From the NCBI GenBank assembly GCA_002789955.1, contig PFUG01000212.1, forward strand, positions 357-64,356: a DNA stretch of 64,000 nt, read 5' to 3'. The DNA is from Deltaproteobacteria bacterium CG_4_9_14_3_um_filter_63_12 (GTDB taxonomy: Bacteria > Myxococcota_A > Bradymonadia > UBA4248 > UM-FILTER-63-12). Position numbers and translations under genes: made by a program. Shown here one piece after another: positions 1 to 8,446 of this stretch (its first letter is position 1; every line of letters begins with the position of its first letter). Below the pieces are notes generated by a model that did no database searches, had not been told where the DNA came from, and worked only from the letters and a program-made list of their open reading frames with translations.

Positions 1-123
1 CACGTCCATACCGGCCTCGGCCAGCTCGGCGCCAACGACCGCGCCGCCCGCACCGGTCCCGACCACGACCACATCTGCCGAATATTCGCTGCGCTCTGAG
101 TAGCTCGAAAAATTCAAAATCAT
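1..123 (-). CDS. FAD-dependent oxidoreductase (GMC-like), N-terminal fragment; gene continues beyond window start
   Basis: Reverse-strand translation from ATG at 123-121 gives MILNFSSYSERSEYSADVVVVGTGAGGAVVGAELAEAGMDV, a Rossmann GxGxxG FAD-binding fingerprint typical of GMC/FAD oxidoreductase N-termini. The start overlaps the stop of the upstream gene as ATGA. Confidence 0.7.
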   Translation of the reverse strand, partial: MILNFSSYSERSEYSADVVVVGTGAGGAVVGAELAEAGMDV

Positions 124-803
124 GACGCCGCCTCCTCTGAGTAGGGGCCGATGTGCTCTTTGGGGGCGGGCTCGCTGCCGGCCATCATTCGCGTACGGAG
201 GTTCAATCGGCTCTGCATGAACTCGGTGGGCTCATAGCCGATCGCCTTCTGAACCTCGTCGCTGTCGAAGTACTGCGAGAGAATGGCCATGCGGGCCGCG
301 AACACCAGTTGGCGTCCCAGAGCCCTTTTCGCCACCTCGTTCAAGAAGTCCTCGGCCTCGTCTCGATCGAGCGCGCGCAGCCGGCGCAACCCCTTCAGGT
401 TCCAGAGCGGCGAGAGGTCCAATGCGTGCACCGCGATCAACAGGCTCGCCGCGAATAGAGGGTGCATGTAGCGCAACGCCCGCAGGACGTCCTCTTCGAT
501 CTTGGCGAACATGGCGGCGTTGCCTGGCGCCGGTGGCGGCGGGCAGATGGCCTTGATCAAAGCGCGGAACGCCACTTGGGTCGTCTTGGGGAGGGCGACC
601 GGATCGGCGAAGCGCCAACCGTCCTTCGGGTGCCGCTCCAGGGTCCCCAAGGACGGCATCCACAATGAGCGGTCCGCAGCCATCGAATCCTCGCCGCTGC
701 TCGCCTTGGCGTGGTCGCCTTTGCGGCCCCACTTCAGGCTCTTTGGCAGGTTGGGCAGCGCTGCCCAGTGCCCGCCCAAGAGCGTCGTAGCCAGTGATCT
801 CAT
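120..803 (-). CDS. 227-aa protein translationally coupled to the GMC-like oxidoreductase; possibly a gluconate 2-dehydrogenase subunit-3-like small subunit
   Basis: ORF with high GC3. Its TGA overlaps the ATG of the downstream oxidoreductase (ATGA). Small-subunit-plus-GMC-oxidoreductase pairs are common. The function is inferred from context only. Confidence 0.5.
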   Translation of the reverse strand: MRSLATTLLGGHWAALPNLPKSLKWGRKGDHAKASSGEDSMAADRSLWMPSLGTLERHPKDGWRFADPVALPKTTQVAFRALIKAICPPPPAPGNAAMFAKIEEDVLRALRYMHPLFAASLLIAVHALDLSPLWNLKGLRRLRALDRDEAEDFLNEVAKRALGRQLVFAARMAILSQYFDSDEVQKAIGYEPTEFMQSRLNLRTRMMAGSEPAPKEHIGPYSEEAAS

Positions 804-916
804 GTCATCCTCCTCGTGGTTCCAGCGCGTATCGAAAGCGGTCGCGTCACTGGTTTGCAGATGCGCAAGCGACCACCGCGGCGGCGGTCACTCGATGTCT
901 TCGGCCAGGCCTGAGG

Positions 917-1696
917 TCAGACGGCCTCACTGTGGCCGGGGTTGCTCTTGCGGCCCGCCTCGAGAAGCGGGCTGAGCAGAGTCAGAAGCACGCGGTCGAT
1001 CTTCGCGTAATAGGTGCGCGTCGCCGAGACCGCGCCCTCGGGGTCGTTCTCCGAGATGCAGCGCAGCAGACAGCGCAGGTAGTCCGGAAAGCTCGGGTCA
1101 GAGACCCACAGCGACTGGGTTCGAGAGATGAGACCGCGGTAGACCTCCAGCAGCGTGTTCGCGATCCACCGAGCCGTAAGCGAATGCGCAGCGTCCACCA
1201 AGGCGTTGATCAGCTCCACGTCGTCGTGGATCAGCGCCTCGCGGTCGTCCGTCTCGAAGTTGTGCAGCTGGAGCTCGACCAACCGCTCGAGCTGCTCGAT
1301 GTCCTCTGGCTTGGCGCGTTGAGCCGCCAGAGCCACGGACATCTCCAAGAGCTGCACCCGCGCCATGAGCAGATCCAACAGCGTGCGGATCTGCTCCGAC
1401 GGGTTGCGGGCTTGCATCAGGAAGGGTCCCAGACACTCGACCGTCGCAGTCTTGCGAAAGTCCAAGATGGTCACGCCCTGGCCGTGCCGCACCGAAACCA
1501 GGTGCGCGTGCTCCAGCTTGCGAAGCGCTTCGCGCAGCGTGTTGCGGTTGGTCTGGTAGTGGGCGGCGAGCTCCCTCTCGGACGGTAAACGTGTGCCCGG
1601 TTTGAGGTCGTCGCAAAGGATCCGCTTTAGCAAGTCTTCGTATATCGACAGCGCCAAATTGTCATTTTTGTTGCGCTCTGGCATGGAGTGCCCCAT
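917..1696 (-). CDS. GntR-family transcriptional regulator (FadR/FCD subfamily)
   Basis: N-terminal winged HTH reads DLKPGTRLPSERELAAHYQTNRNTLREALRKLEHAHLV, followed by an all-helical FCD-like C-terminal domain. Start taken at MGHSMPERNK; the ORF track starts at 1729. Confidence 0.85.
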   Translation of the reverse strand: MGHSMPERNKNDNLALSIYEDLLKRILCDDLKPGTRLPSERELAAHYQTNRNTLREALRKLEHAHLVSVRHGQGVTILDFRKTATVECLGPFLMQARNPSEQIRTLLDLLMARVQLLEMSVALAAQRAKPEDIEQLERLVELQLHNFETDDREALIHDDVELINALVDAAHSLTARWIANTLLEVYRGLISRTQSLWVSDPSFPDYLRCLLRCISENDPEGAVSATRTYYAKIDRVLLTLLSPLLEAGRKSNPGHSEAV

Positions 1697-1757
1697 CAAA
1701 CTCGTCCTGTGGCGGCTGCTCGTCCGCACCTCGCGGACTCTTCCGCGCCGCTGGCCT

Positions 1758-1802
1758 CAAATTGGTTGAACCAGTCCGAACCTATCTGGTTCAACCAATT
1801 TG
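1758..1802. promoter_or_regulatory. Perfect 17-bp inverted repeat (CAAATTGGTTGAACCAG-N11-CTGGTTCAACCAATTTG) in the divergent gntR-like/isomerase intergenic region; candidate GntR operator
   Basis: Each arm contains TGGTTGAACCA (TGGT-N3-ACCA), which fits the GntR/FadR operator pattern NyGT-Nx-ACNy. It lies between divergently transcribed genes. Confidence 0.5.
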
Positions 1803-1898
1803 TCAACCCCCTCTTTCGCGGCAGGATTGCGCTCCAAACTCCAAAGTCCTAGGAGAAGCCCTGTAACGCTCAATTCAAGGGACGAGAGGAGAGAAATC

Positions 1899-2492
1899 AT
1901 GGCCGAGCTCGAGTTCTTCTTCGACGTGGGTTCCCCCTACAGCTACCTCGCCGCCACTCAGCTCGAGGCCCTCGGCCACCGAACCGGCGCGACGGTGCGC
2001 TGGCGGCCTTTCCTGCTGGGCGCCGTCTTCAAGGCCACCTCGAATCACATGCCCGCAGCCGTCCAAGCCAAGGCAATGTGGATGCTGAGTGACCTGCGCA
2101 ACTGGGCCAACCACTACGGCGTGCCCTTCACCTTCTCGTCGCGCTTCCCGCTGAACACGCTCCTGCCGCAACGGTTCTTGTCCGCAGCAGTGCTCGACAA
2201 GGGTGAGCAAGGAATCGCCCCCCTGGCCCTCGCGCTCTTCGAGGCCTATTGGGTGCATGACCGCGACATCTCGAACCCGCAGGTCGCCGGAGCGGTGGCC
2301 GATGAGGTGGGACTGGACGGCAACACTCTGCTGGCGCTCGCGTCACAAGCGCCGGCCAAAGACGCCCTGCGCGCCACGACCGACGAAGCCGTAGCCCGCG
2401 GCGCCTTCGGTGCACCGTCCTTCTTCGTCGGCGAGCGCCTCTTCTGGGGCAACGATCGGCTAGACTTCGTCGAAGCGGCCCTGAAGGGCTAG
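1899..2492 (+). CDS. 2-hydroxychromene-2-carboxylate isomerase family protein (DsbA-like thioredoxin fold)
   Basis: MAELEFFFDVGSPYSYLA ... FGAPSFFVGERLFWGNDRLDFVE are hallmark motifs of the HCCA isomerase/DsbA-like family. GGAGA RBS 8 nt upstream of the ATG at 1899. Confidence 0.8.
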   Translation: MAELEFFFDVGSPYSYLAATQLEALGHRTGATVRWRPFLLGAVFKATSNHMPAAVQAKAMWMLSDLRNWANHYGVPFTFSSRFPLNTLLPQRFLSAAVLDKGEQGIAPLALALFEAYWVHDRDISNPQVAGAVADEVGLDGNTLLALASQAPAKDALRATTDEAVARGAFGAPSFFVGERLFWGNDRLDFVEAALKG

Positions 2493-2498
2493 CGCGCC

Positions 2499-3878
2499 TC
2501 AGCTTTGCCGGGCGATGGTGTCGGCGTTGTGCCTCGCCTTGAAGCGCACGCACTCCTCGATCCGCCGCCGGCGCGCTGCGTCATAGTGGAAGAAGTTGAC
2601 CTCGAGGGTCGGGTCTGCTTCGAGCCAGCCCTGCAAGGCCTGACCGCTCAGCCCCGTGAACGAGGTCTCGGGCGGAATTCGCCCAAGCTCCAGCCACCAC
2701 CGCTCGAAACCGTACGCCTGAGCAAACTGCTCGTAGATGGGTGTACCCGGAAACGGGATGAGGACCCCGCGGTTGTTGAAAAAATCGGTCAGCGGCACCA
2801 GCTCCTCCATGAAACGCAAGGTCTCTTCGAGCTCTTCGGCGCCCTCCTCGGGGAAGCCGAACATGACGTTGACCACCGTGCGGATGCCCGCCGCCTTGGC
2901 CGCCACGAGCGACTCGACGAAACGTTCGGGGGCGAGCCCCTTCTTGATGGCCTTGAGGACTTTGCGCGAGCCGCTCTCGAGCCCGAAGTTGATGGAGACG
3001 CAGCCCGCCGCGGCCATCTTCTTCAGGAGCTCGGCGCGCACCATGTTCGCCGGCGTGATGCAGCCCCAGGTCACGCCGCGCAGCGCTGGGTCGGCGCGCA
3101 GCTGCTCGCAGAACTGCTCGACCCGGTCGGCGCGGGCGGTGAAGGCGTCGTCGTGAAAGGGGAAATGGCGCACGCCGAAGCGGCTGCTGAGCTCGCGCAT
3201 CTCGAGCAGAACGTTCTCCACTGAGCGATAGCGAAACACTCGCCCCGTCACGTGGTTCGCGCAGAACGTGCAGCGCGCCGGGCAACCGCGGCTGCTGATG
3301 AGGCTGCACACCGCGCCGAAGGTCTCCACGCCGTACCAGCGCGGGTCGTAGCAGCCGAGCGCCTCGGACGGAAAGGGCAGCGCGTCCAGCTCCGCGATCG
3401 TCTCTCGCACAGGCCCATAGGCCGGGCCTCCGGCGTCTTGGGGCTTGTTCACGATGACGCCAGGGACGTGCTCGAGCGGCCCACCACGCTCTAGGGACGC
3501 GGCCAGCTCGACCAACGTGTGCTCGCCTTCGCCCGGGACGCAGACGTCGAACCCAAAGTCGAGGGGCTCGATGGGCGCTGCGGCGACGTGCGGGCCGCCA
3601 GCGACAAAGAGAGCGTCGAGGTCGGTCAGGGTCTGGCGCAGCCGATATCCTTCCAGCGCGTTGATGGTGAACAAGGTGAAGCCGACCAGCTGCGGCGCGA
3701 ACGCGTGAGCGGCGTCGAGGAAGTCGAGCCCGACCGCCTCCCAGTGGGTCGCGGCCAGGTCGAGGCAGCGGACTTCGTGACCGGCGCGAAGGAGGGCGGC
3801 GGCAACATACTGCTGACCGAGATACGGCGAGCCCAGGGGTTGTGGGAGTCGGGGGGTCAGCAGGAGAACTCGAGCCAT
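2499..3878 (-). CDS. B12-binding domain radical SAM protein (class B radical SAM)
   Basis: N-terminal B12-binding-like Rossmann region, then the CPARCTFCANH CxxxCxxC radical SAM cluster motif. 459 aa. Confidence 0.85.
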   Translation of the reverse strand: MARVLLLTPRLPQPLGSPYLGQQYVAAALLRAGHEVRCLDLAATHWEAVGLDFLDAAHAFAPQLVGFTLFTINALEGYRLRQTLTDLDALFVAGGPHVAAAPIEPLDFGFDVCVPGEGEHTLVELAASLERGGPLEHVPGVIVNKPQDAGGPAYGPVRETIAELDALPFPSEALGCYDPRWYGVETFGAVCSLISSRGCPARCTFCANHVTGRVFRYRSVENVLLEMRELSSRFGVRHFPFHDDAFTARADRVEQFCEQLRADPALRGVTWGCITPANMVRAELLKKMAAAGCVSINFGLESGSRKVLKAIKKGLAPERFVESLVAAKAAGIRTVVNVMFGFPEEGAEELEETLRFMEELVPLTDFFNNRGVLIPFPGTPIYEQFAQAYGFERWWLELGRIPPETSFTGLSGQALQGWLEADPTLEVNFFHYDAARRRRIEECVRFKARHNADTIARQS

Positions 3879-3979
3879 TCGAACCTCTGGCGATGCGCTT
3901 TGTTGGGCACAAGGAAGCTAACGCTCGATCGGCGTGCGTACAACGGCCAACGGCGACAATGATGGAAGAACTCCGTCGC

Positions 3980-4330
3980 GATGAGCTCGACTTCGCCTTG
4001 GCCATCGACGGTTCGACGGGCTCCGGACCAGTCTGGAGCTTGCTTCGGCCGAAGCAGTTGCTGCTGCGATGAGTTCGATGCTGCCTTGGCCATCGATGGT
4101 TCGACGGGCCCCGGGCTCCGGGCTCCGGGCTCCGGACTCCGGACTTGAACCTTTGTTCACGGTGTCCGTAATCCATGAACTCGGTTCCGACCAGTCTGGA
4201 GTCTGGAGTCTGGAACTTGCTTCGGCCGAAGCAGTTGCAGCTTCGGCGATGAGCTCGATGCTGTCTTGGCTATCGACGGTTCGACGGGCTCCGGACTCCG
4301 GACTTGGACCTTTGTTCTCGGTCTGAGCTG
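3980..4330. repeat. Intergenic tandem repeat array (3 units of about 88, 180 and 83 bp) with embedded perfect palindrome GCTTCGGCCGAAGC and a (GGCTCC)n microsatellite
   Basis: Units begin GATGAGCTCGA(T)..CCTTGGC(C/T)ATCGA(C/T)GGTTCGACGGGC at 3980, 4068 and 4248. CTTGCTTCGGCCGAAGCAGTTGC occurs at 4040-4062 and 4217-4239. GGGCTCCGGGCTCCGGGCTCCGGACTCCGGACT lies at 4108-4145. Confidence 0.85.
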
Positions 4331-4451
4331 TTCCCCATGTGCCCGGTTTGGATCTTATCGATCCTATCACGTTGGACTGGATATCACGGGGGCAATGGAG
4401 TTAGTCTTCGGGGGTCACGCTCGAGGAGAAGTTGGTAACGATGAGGCAAAG

Positions 4452-6911
4452 ATGTTCAGACCTGTAGGGCAGCCGAAATGGACCTTGTTTCTCGTCGCTC
4501 TCTCGCTGACCCTTGCGCTGGGCTGTGATGACGGCCCGTCGACGCAGACACCAACAGATGACGCCACAGAGCTGGGACCCGATGGGACCTCGAACCAAGG
4601 GCGAGTGAGTGACGGCTTGCTGGCCTTCTACACCTTCTCCGAGAGCCAGAGTCGCATCGCCTACGACCGGGCGAATACGGGCGACCCCATCGACCTCTAC
4701 CAGCGCGAGACCGAGTATCTCGAGCGTCTGCAGCACCGAAACGGTTTCGCCATACGGGAGTCGGAGTGGCGGGACAACGGGTTTGAGTCCCTCGAGCTGC
4801 CGCACCGCATCAACGACGCCATCAAGGAGAGCCATGAGTTCACCTTGGAGCTCTGGTGCAAGCCCGACGACGTCTTGGTCGAGGGCCCGGCGCGAATGCT
4901 CACCCTGTCCTTCGACGGCAACAACCGCAACGTCACGCTCGGGCAGTTCCAAGGCGACCTTGCCGTCGGCCTTCGAACCGACGACCCAGGCGTCACCGCC
5001 AACGGCATGCCGACGCTCTACGCGCCGAAGGCCGTCACGGCCAAACAGGAGACGCACTACGCGCTGACCTTCGCCGACGGGGTATTGAAGCTCTACCGCA
5101 ATGGCGTGGCCCAGTCGCTCTACGATCGCACCGAGGACGCCGACGGCAACACCGTGGAGACCCTCGTAGAAGGCCGCCTCGGGACGTTCTCGAACTGGGG
5201 CTCCGACTTCGCCTTGACGATCGGCGACGAGACCAGCGGTGACCGCTCGTGGGCTGGGGAGATCTACCTCGTCGCCATCTATGGTCGGGCGCTCAGCCTG
5301 GCCGAGCTGCAACGAAACATCGCCGCCGGCAGCCTCTTCGCCAAAGAGCCGCCGCCAGTGAAGGACGTGACGCCGCCGAGCTCGCCGCTGTTGACGGCCA
5401 AGGTGTTGCCCAACGGCGTACAGCTGGATTGGACGCGCGCCGCGGACATCGGCGGGGTCTCGGGTTATTGGGTCTACCGCAGCGGCAGCCGCATCGCGAC
5501 GACCGAGGATCTGTCCTACTTCGACACAGGCCTAGGAAACGGGGCGCAATACACCTACGCGATCGGGGCGTTCGATCGAGACATGAACCGCACTCTCAGC
5601 AACTCCGTGACGTTGCGTTCGGCCGTCGTGTCCGAGTGGAACCACCTCCATGTGCACTACAGCCAGCGGCAGCTCGAGAAAGACAACGGCGAACAGTTCT
5701 TCTACCTCTCCGACAACGCCACGGCCCTGCTCGAGAAGCTCAGCCTCACGGAGATGGACCAATACCTCAACGACCGAGCCCTCAAGGGGTTCACCGTCAT
5801 TCAGTTCGGGCTCTTGCCCACCTTGGACGGCTCGACGCCAGATGGCATCAAGCCCTTTGGCACGGACGGGCTCTCCCTCAACGAAGCGTACTTCGAGCGA
5901 GTCGACGCGGCGATGGCGAAGATGAAGGCCCGTGGGCTCTTCCCTGCCATCCAAGTGGTCCCTTACCAAGAGTATCTCGACGGCGCGACTCCAGTGATGA
6001 CGCGGGACCTGGCGACGACGTTGGGCGAGTTCGTCGGTGCTCGCTACTCAGACGACGCGGTCTTCATTCTCGGCGCGGGCACCTCACCTGAAGGCTTCAT
6101 CGACGTTTGGCACAACCTCGGGATGGGCCTGCGCACGGGGGGCACCGGCATCCGGACCTTCTTCCCTGGCCCTGGCGAGAGTTCCAGCACCTGGTTCCAC
6201 GCCGAGGAGTGGCTCGGGTTCAACAGTGTCAACTCGGGCCAGGTCGCCGACGCAGAGAGCTGGGCGCTGATCGAGCCCGACATGCTGCTCGAGACTCCAA
6301 GTCACCGGCCGTGCATGGAGCTGGGCGGGGGGCTCGAGGACATTCCCGCCGCAGGGTCCATGGACAACCCACGACTCGGCGACTGGGAAGTCCGCAAGGC
6401 GGCCTACCGCTCGGTCTTCTCCGGCGGACATGGCTACGCCTATGGCTCGAACGAGGTCAGTCAGTTCTGGACCAGTGCGGACTCGAGCGCGACGGGCGCT
6501 CGAACGCCCTGGCAGGTCGCACTCGACGCTCCAGGCGCGCGCCAGATGGGCTATCTCCGCGCGCTCTTCGAAGGACGCCCGTTCCGCGGTCGCACGGCGC
6601 AGCCGGAGCTCGTGGTCGGCCAGCCCAGCGCTCCTGCGCAGCACGTCAGCGTCACGATGGAAGACGATCACTGGCTCTTCGCCTACTTCCCCGAGGGCGG
6701 CGAGGCGACGCTGGACGTCTCCCTGCTCTCATCGCCCGAGGTCGATGGCTACTGGTACAGCCCCCGCACCGGTGCCTATTGGGAGCTCCAGCGGCACAGC
6801 GGCGAGAACACGAGGACATACACGCCCCCGACCTCAGGTCCAGGCAACGATTGGGTGTTGGTGCTCGACGCTCCGGAATATCGATACCCACCGCCCGGCC
6901 AGAGCTGGTGA
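4452..6911 (+). CDS. Secreted lipoprotein with LamG-like (concanavalin-A-like lectin/glucanase) domain, FN3 domain and large C-terminal glycoside-hydrolase-like domain
   Basis: Signal peptide with lipobox LTLALGC. WAGEIYLVAIYGRALSLAELQRN is typical of Laminin_G_3 domains. An FN3-like segment (VQLDWTRA..YTYAIGAFD) follows. The C-terminal domain is DUF4038/GH-like; this is a tentative call from memory. Confidence 0.75.
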   Translation: MFRPVGQPKWTLFLVALSLTLALGCDDGPSTQTPTDDATELGPDGTSNQGRVSDGLLAFYTFSESQSRIAYDRANTGDPIDLYQRETEYLERLQHRNGFAIRESEWRDNGFESLELPHRINDAIKESHEFTLELWCKPDDVLVEGPARMLTLSFDGNNRNVTLGQFQGDLAVGLRTDDPGVTANGMPTLYAPKAVTAKQETHYALTFADGVLKLYRNGVAQSLYDRTEDADGNTVETLVEGRLGTFSNWGSDFALTIGDETSGDRSWAGEIYLVAIYGRALSLAELQRNIAAGSLFAKEPPPVKDVTPPSSPLLTAKVLPNGVQLDWTRAADIGGVSGYWVYRSGSRIATTEDLSYFDTGLGNGAQYTYAIGAFDRDMNRTLSNSVTLRSAVVSEWNHLHVHYSQRQLEKDNGEQFFYLSDNATALLEKLSLTEMDQYLNDRALKGFTVIQFGLLPTLDGSTPDGIKPFGTDGLSLNEAYFERVDAAMAKMKARGLFPAIQVVPYQEYLDGATPVMTRDLATTLGEFVGARYSDDAVFILGAGTSPEGFIDVWHNLGMGLRTGGTGIRTFFPGPGESSSTWFHAEEWLGFNSVNSGQVADAESWALIEPDMLLETPSHRPCMELGGGLEDIPAAGSMDNPRLGDWEVRKAAYRSVFSGGHGYAYGSNEVSQFWTSADSSATGARTPWQVALDAPGARQMGYLRALFEGRPFRGRTAQPELVVGQPSAPAQHVSVTMEDDHWLFAYFPEGGEATLDVSLLSSPEVDGYWYSPRTGAYWELQRHSGENTRTYTPPTSGPGNDWVLVLDAPEYRYPPPGQSW

Positions 6912-6914
6912 GAA

Positions 6915-6986
6915 AATTGCCGAGCGGACGGCCGATTTTCGCACCGCAAGCCTTCGAAACGACACGAAAATCGGTCGGGGGCAAGC
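6915..6986 (-). repeat. Copy A of an about 72-bp AT-cored palindromic intergenic repeat (family 1), reverse orientation
   Basis: Reverse complement reads GCTTGCCCCCGACCGATTTTCGTGTCGTTTCGAAGGCTTGCGGTGCGAAAATCGGCCGTCCGCTCGGCAATTTT, about 90% identical to copy D at 61849-61920. It lies between convergent genes. Confidence 0.8.
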
Positions 6987-7040
6987 AAGGCTATAACCCC
7001 AGATCGGCGGGGCGGCGCGGGGGCGCCCCGTTCTCCTCGC

Positions 7041-7895
7041 TCAGCGCAGCAGGATCAGGCGGAAGCGGACCTCGGACTTGAAGCCCACGCTCTGGGCCGC
7101 CTCGGTCCAAACCTCCTTGTCGCTGTCGATGAACATGATGACCTCTTTGCCCTTCTCCAACAGCAGGTTTCCGGCTTGACCGAGGATGCCAGAGACCAGG
7201 CGAGGACGCTGCAGCGGCCGGGGAATGTAGACGCGGTCGAGCATCATCACGCCAGGCTCGGGACTCTTGGCTTCGCCGAAGAAGATGGGCTTGCCCTTCT
7301 GCTTCCCGATCAGGAACTCGCCGCGCTCGATGGACTGCAAACAGCGCTTCTCGTGCGCCTCACGTGAGGCTCGGCGAGGATCTGCGTCCCACTGCTCCAA
7401 CGACTGCTCGGCGGCGAACTCCGACACGAGCTTGAGGTCCTTGGCGGTGGCGATCTCTACGCTGTAGGCGCTGTTGGTCTCGGGCGCGGCCTTGAGCGAG
7501 GTCAGCGTGCGCTCTTTGTCGCCGACGACCTTGCGGTTGATCTTCTGGAAACCAGCCCAGAAGACGCCCATCAAGCCCACCTCACCGAAGAGCATGTGGG
7601 TCCCGCCGGTGCTCGCTCGGCTGCCAGCAGCGCGCGCCATGGCCTGCGCCAAGGTGCGGGTCGCGGAATCGTCTTCGCCATAGATGTTGGCCGTCGTCCC
7701 CTCGACTCCCGCCAGCGCCTTGATCTCTCCGCCTTTGCCGAAGGCCGCATGCCACCACCCGTCGAAATTTTCGAGGTCGAGGGCCGCGAGCTTCATGAGC
7801 AAGGTCGGGTATCGTGGCGCACGGGCCAAGAACGACGTGACTTTGTCGTAATCCTTGGGAGGCACTTGGTTGCACTGGTAAGTCGTCTCGTCCAC
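7041..7895 (-). CDS. Hypothetical protein (284 aa)
   Basis: Clean ORF with coding-like codon bias and no motif I can name. It sits inside a segment bracketed by inverted family-1 repeat copies. Confidence 0.6.
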   Translation of the reverse strand: MDETTYQCNQVPPKDYDKVTSFLARAPRYPTLLMKLAALDLENFDGWWHAAFGKGGEIKALAGVEGTTANIYGEDDSATRTLAQAMARAAGSRASTGGTHMLFGEVGLMGVFWAGFQKINRKVVGDKERTLTSLKAAPETNSAYSVEIATAKDLKLVSEFAAEQSLEQWDADPRRASREAHEKRCLQSIERGEFLIGKQKGKPIFFGEAKSPEPGVMMLDRVYIPRPLQRPRLVSGILGQAGNLLLEKGKEVIMFIDSDKEVWTEAAQSVGFKSEVRFRLILLR

Positions 7896-7997
7896 GGTTC
7901 TTACTCCATTTCACTCGCTGATTCACTGAGAGAAACACTTGCCGGCGTAGCCTATGGCCATTCTTGATGGTTTGCTCGAAGCGCCACGCGCTCGAGT

Positions 7998-8366
7998 TCA
8001 GTCGTCATCCGCTTCCATGGCCGCAAGGGTCGCCTCGTCGAATACTGGCTCTCCCGCGTCGAACTCCATCTCCACGAGGACATCCCCCTCTTCGCTGTAC
8101 TGGACATAGTCGCCGTGCAGCTTCCCGTCTTGGTAGGCGCTCTCTTCGAAGAGCTCTCCGCTGGGGTACCAGCGGCGATAGGGACCTTGCAGGACTCCGT
8201 CGACGTGGGTCGCCTCATAGAGGAGCTGTCCGTCCTCGTCCCAGCGCCGCAAGACCCCGTGCAGCATACCCCGCTCGTAGGCGACCTCGAACTGCCGCTG
8301 CCCGTCCTCGAAGAACTGCTCGTAGATTCCTTTGCCTTCGTCTTCTTCGTTCGCCATGGTTCTCAT
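7998..8366 (-). CDS. MORN-repeat (MORN_2 / YwqK-like) protein
   Basis: Repeated G-x-L-x-G-x-Y-x-x-W-Y-x-x-G units (GVLRRWDEDGQLLYEATHVDGVLQGPYRRWYPSGELFEESAYQDGKLHGDYVQY) and an acidic C-terminus. Start is either M1 or M4. Confidence 0.65.
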   Translation of the reverse strand: MRTMANEEDEGKGIYEQFFEDGQRQFEVAYERGMLHGVLRRWDEDGQLLYEATHVDGVLQGPYRRWYPSGELFEESAYQDGKLHGDYVQYSEEGDVLVEMEFDAGEPVFDEATLAAMEADDD

Positions 8367-8377
8367 TTGAGGCTTCG

Positions 8378-8446
8378 CTGACCACGACCAATTTTCGCTC
8401 TATTTCGAACCGTTGTGGTGCGAAAATCGGTCGTCCGCTTGGCATT
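8378..8446 (+). repeat. Copy B of family-1 palindromic repeat
   Basis: CTGACCACGACCAATTTTCGCTCTATTTCGAACCGTTGTGGTGCGAAAATCGGTCGTCCGCTTGGCATT. Confidence 0.8.

Noticed and set aside
2581-4176. 531-aa Arg-rich ORF on the minus strand in another frame across the radical SAM gene and repeat region
   Set aside because: Typical high-GC shadow ORF. Extreme Arg/Pro/Gly composition with no codon-bias periodicity, and it overlaps a well-supported gene.
3980-4330. Tandem repeats as a CRISPR array, or as a multi-core RiPP precursor for the adjacent radical SAM enzyme
   Set aside because: Units are 83-180 bp with no short unique spacers, so not CRISPR. Unit lengths (88 vs 180 bp) shift the reading frame between copies and no start or RBS is evident, so a repetitive precursor peptide is unlikely.
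6652-6984. Small ORFs encoding CGAKIGRPLG or SGRPIFAPQ peptides at four loci (6652-6984, 8215-8445, 8413-8796, 61886-62161)
   Set aside because: They are derived from the family-1 intergenic repeat read in different frames and strands. Not conserved as proteins.
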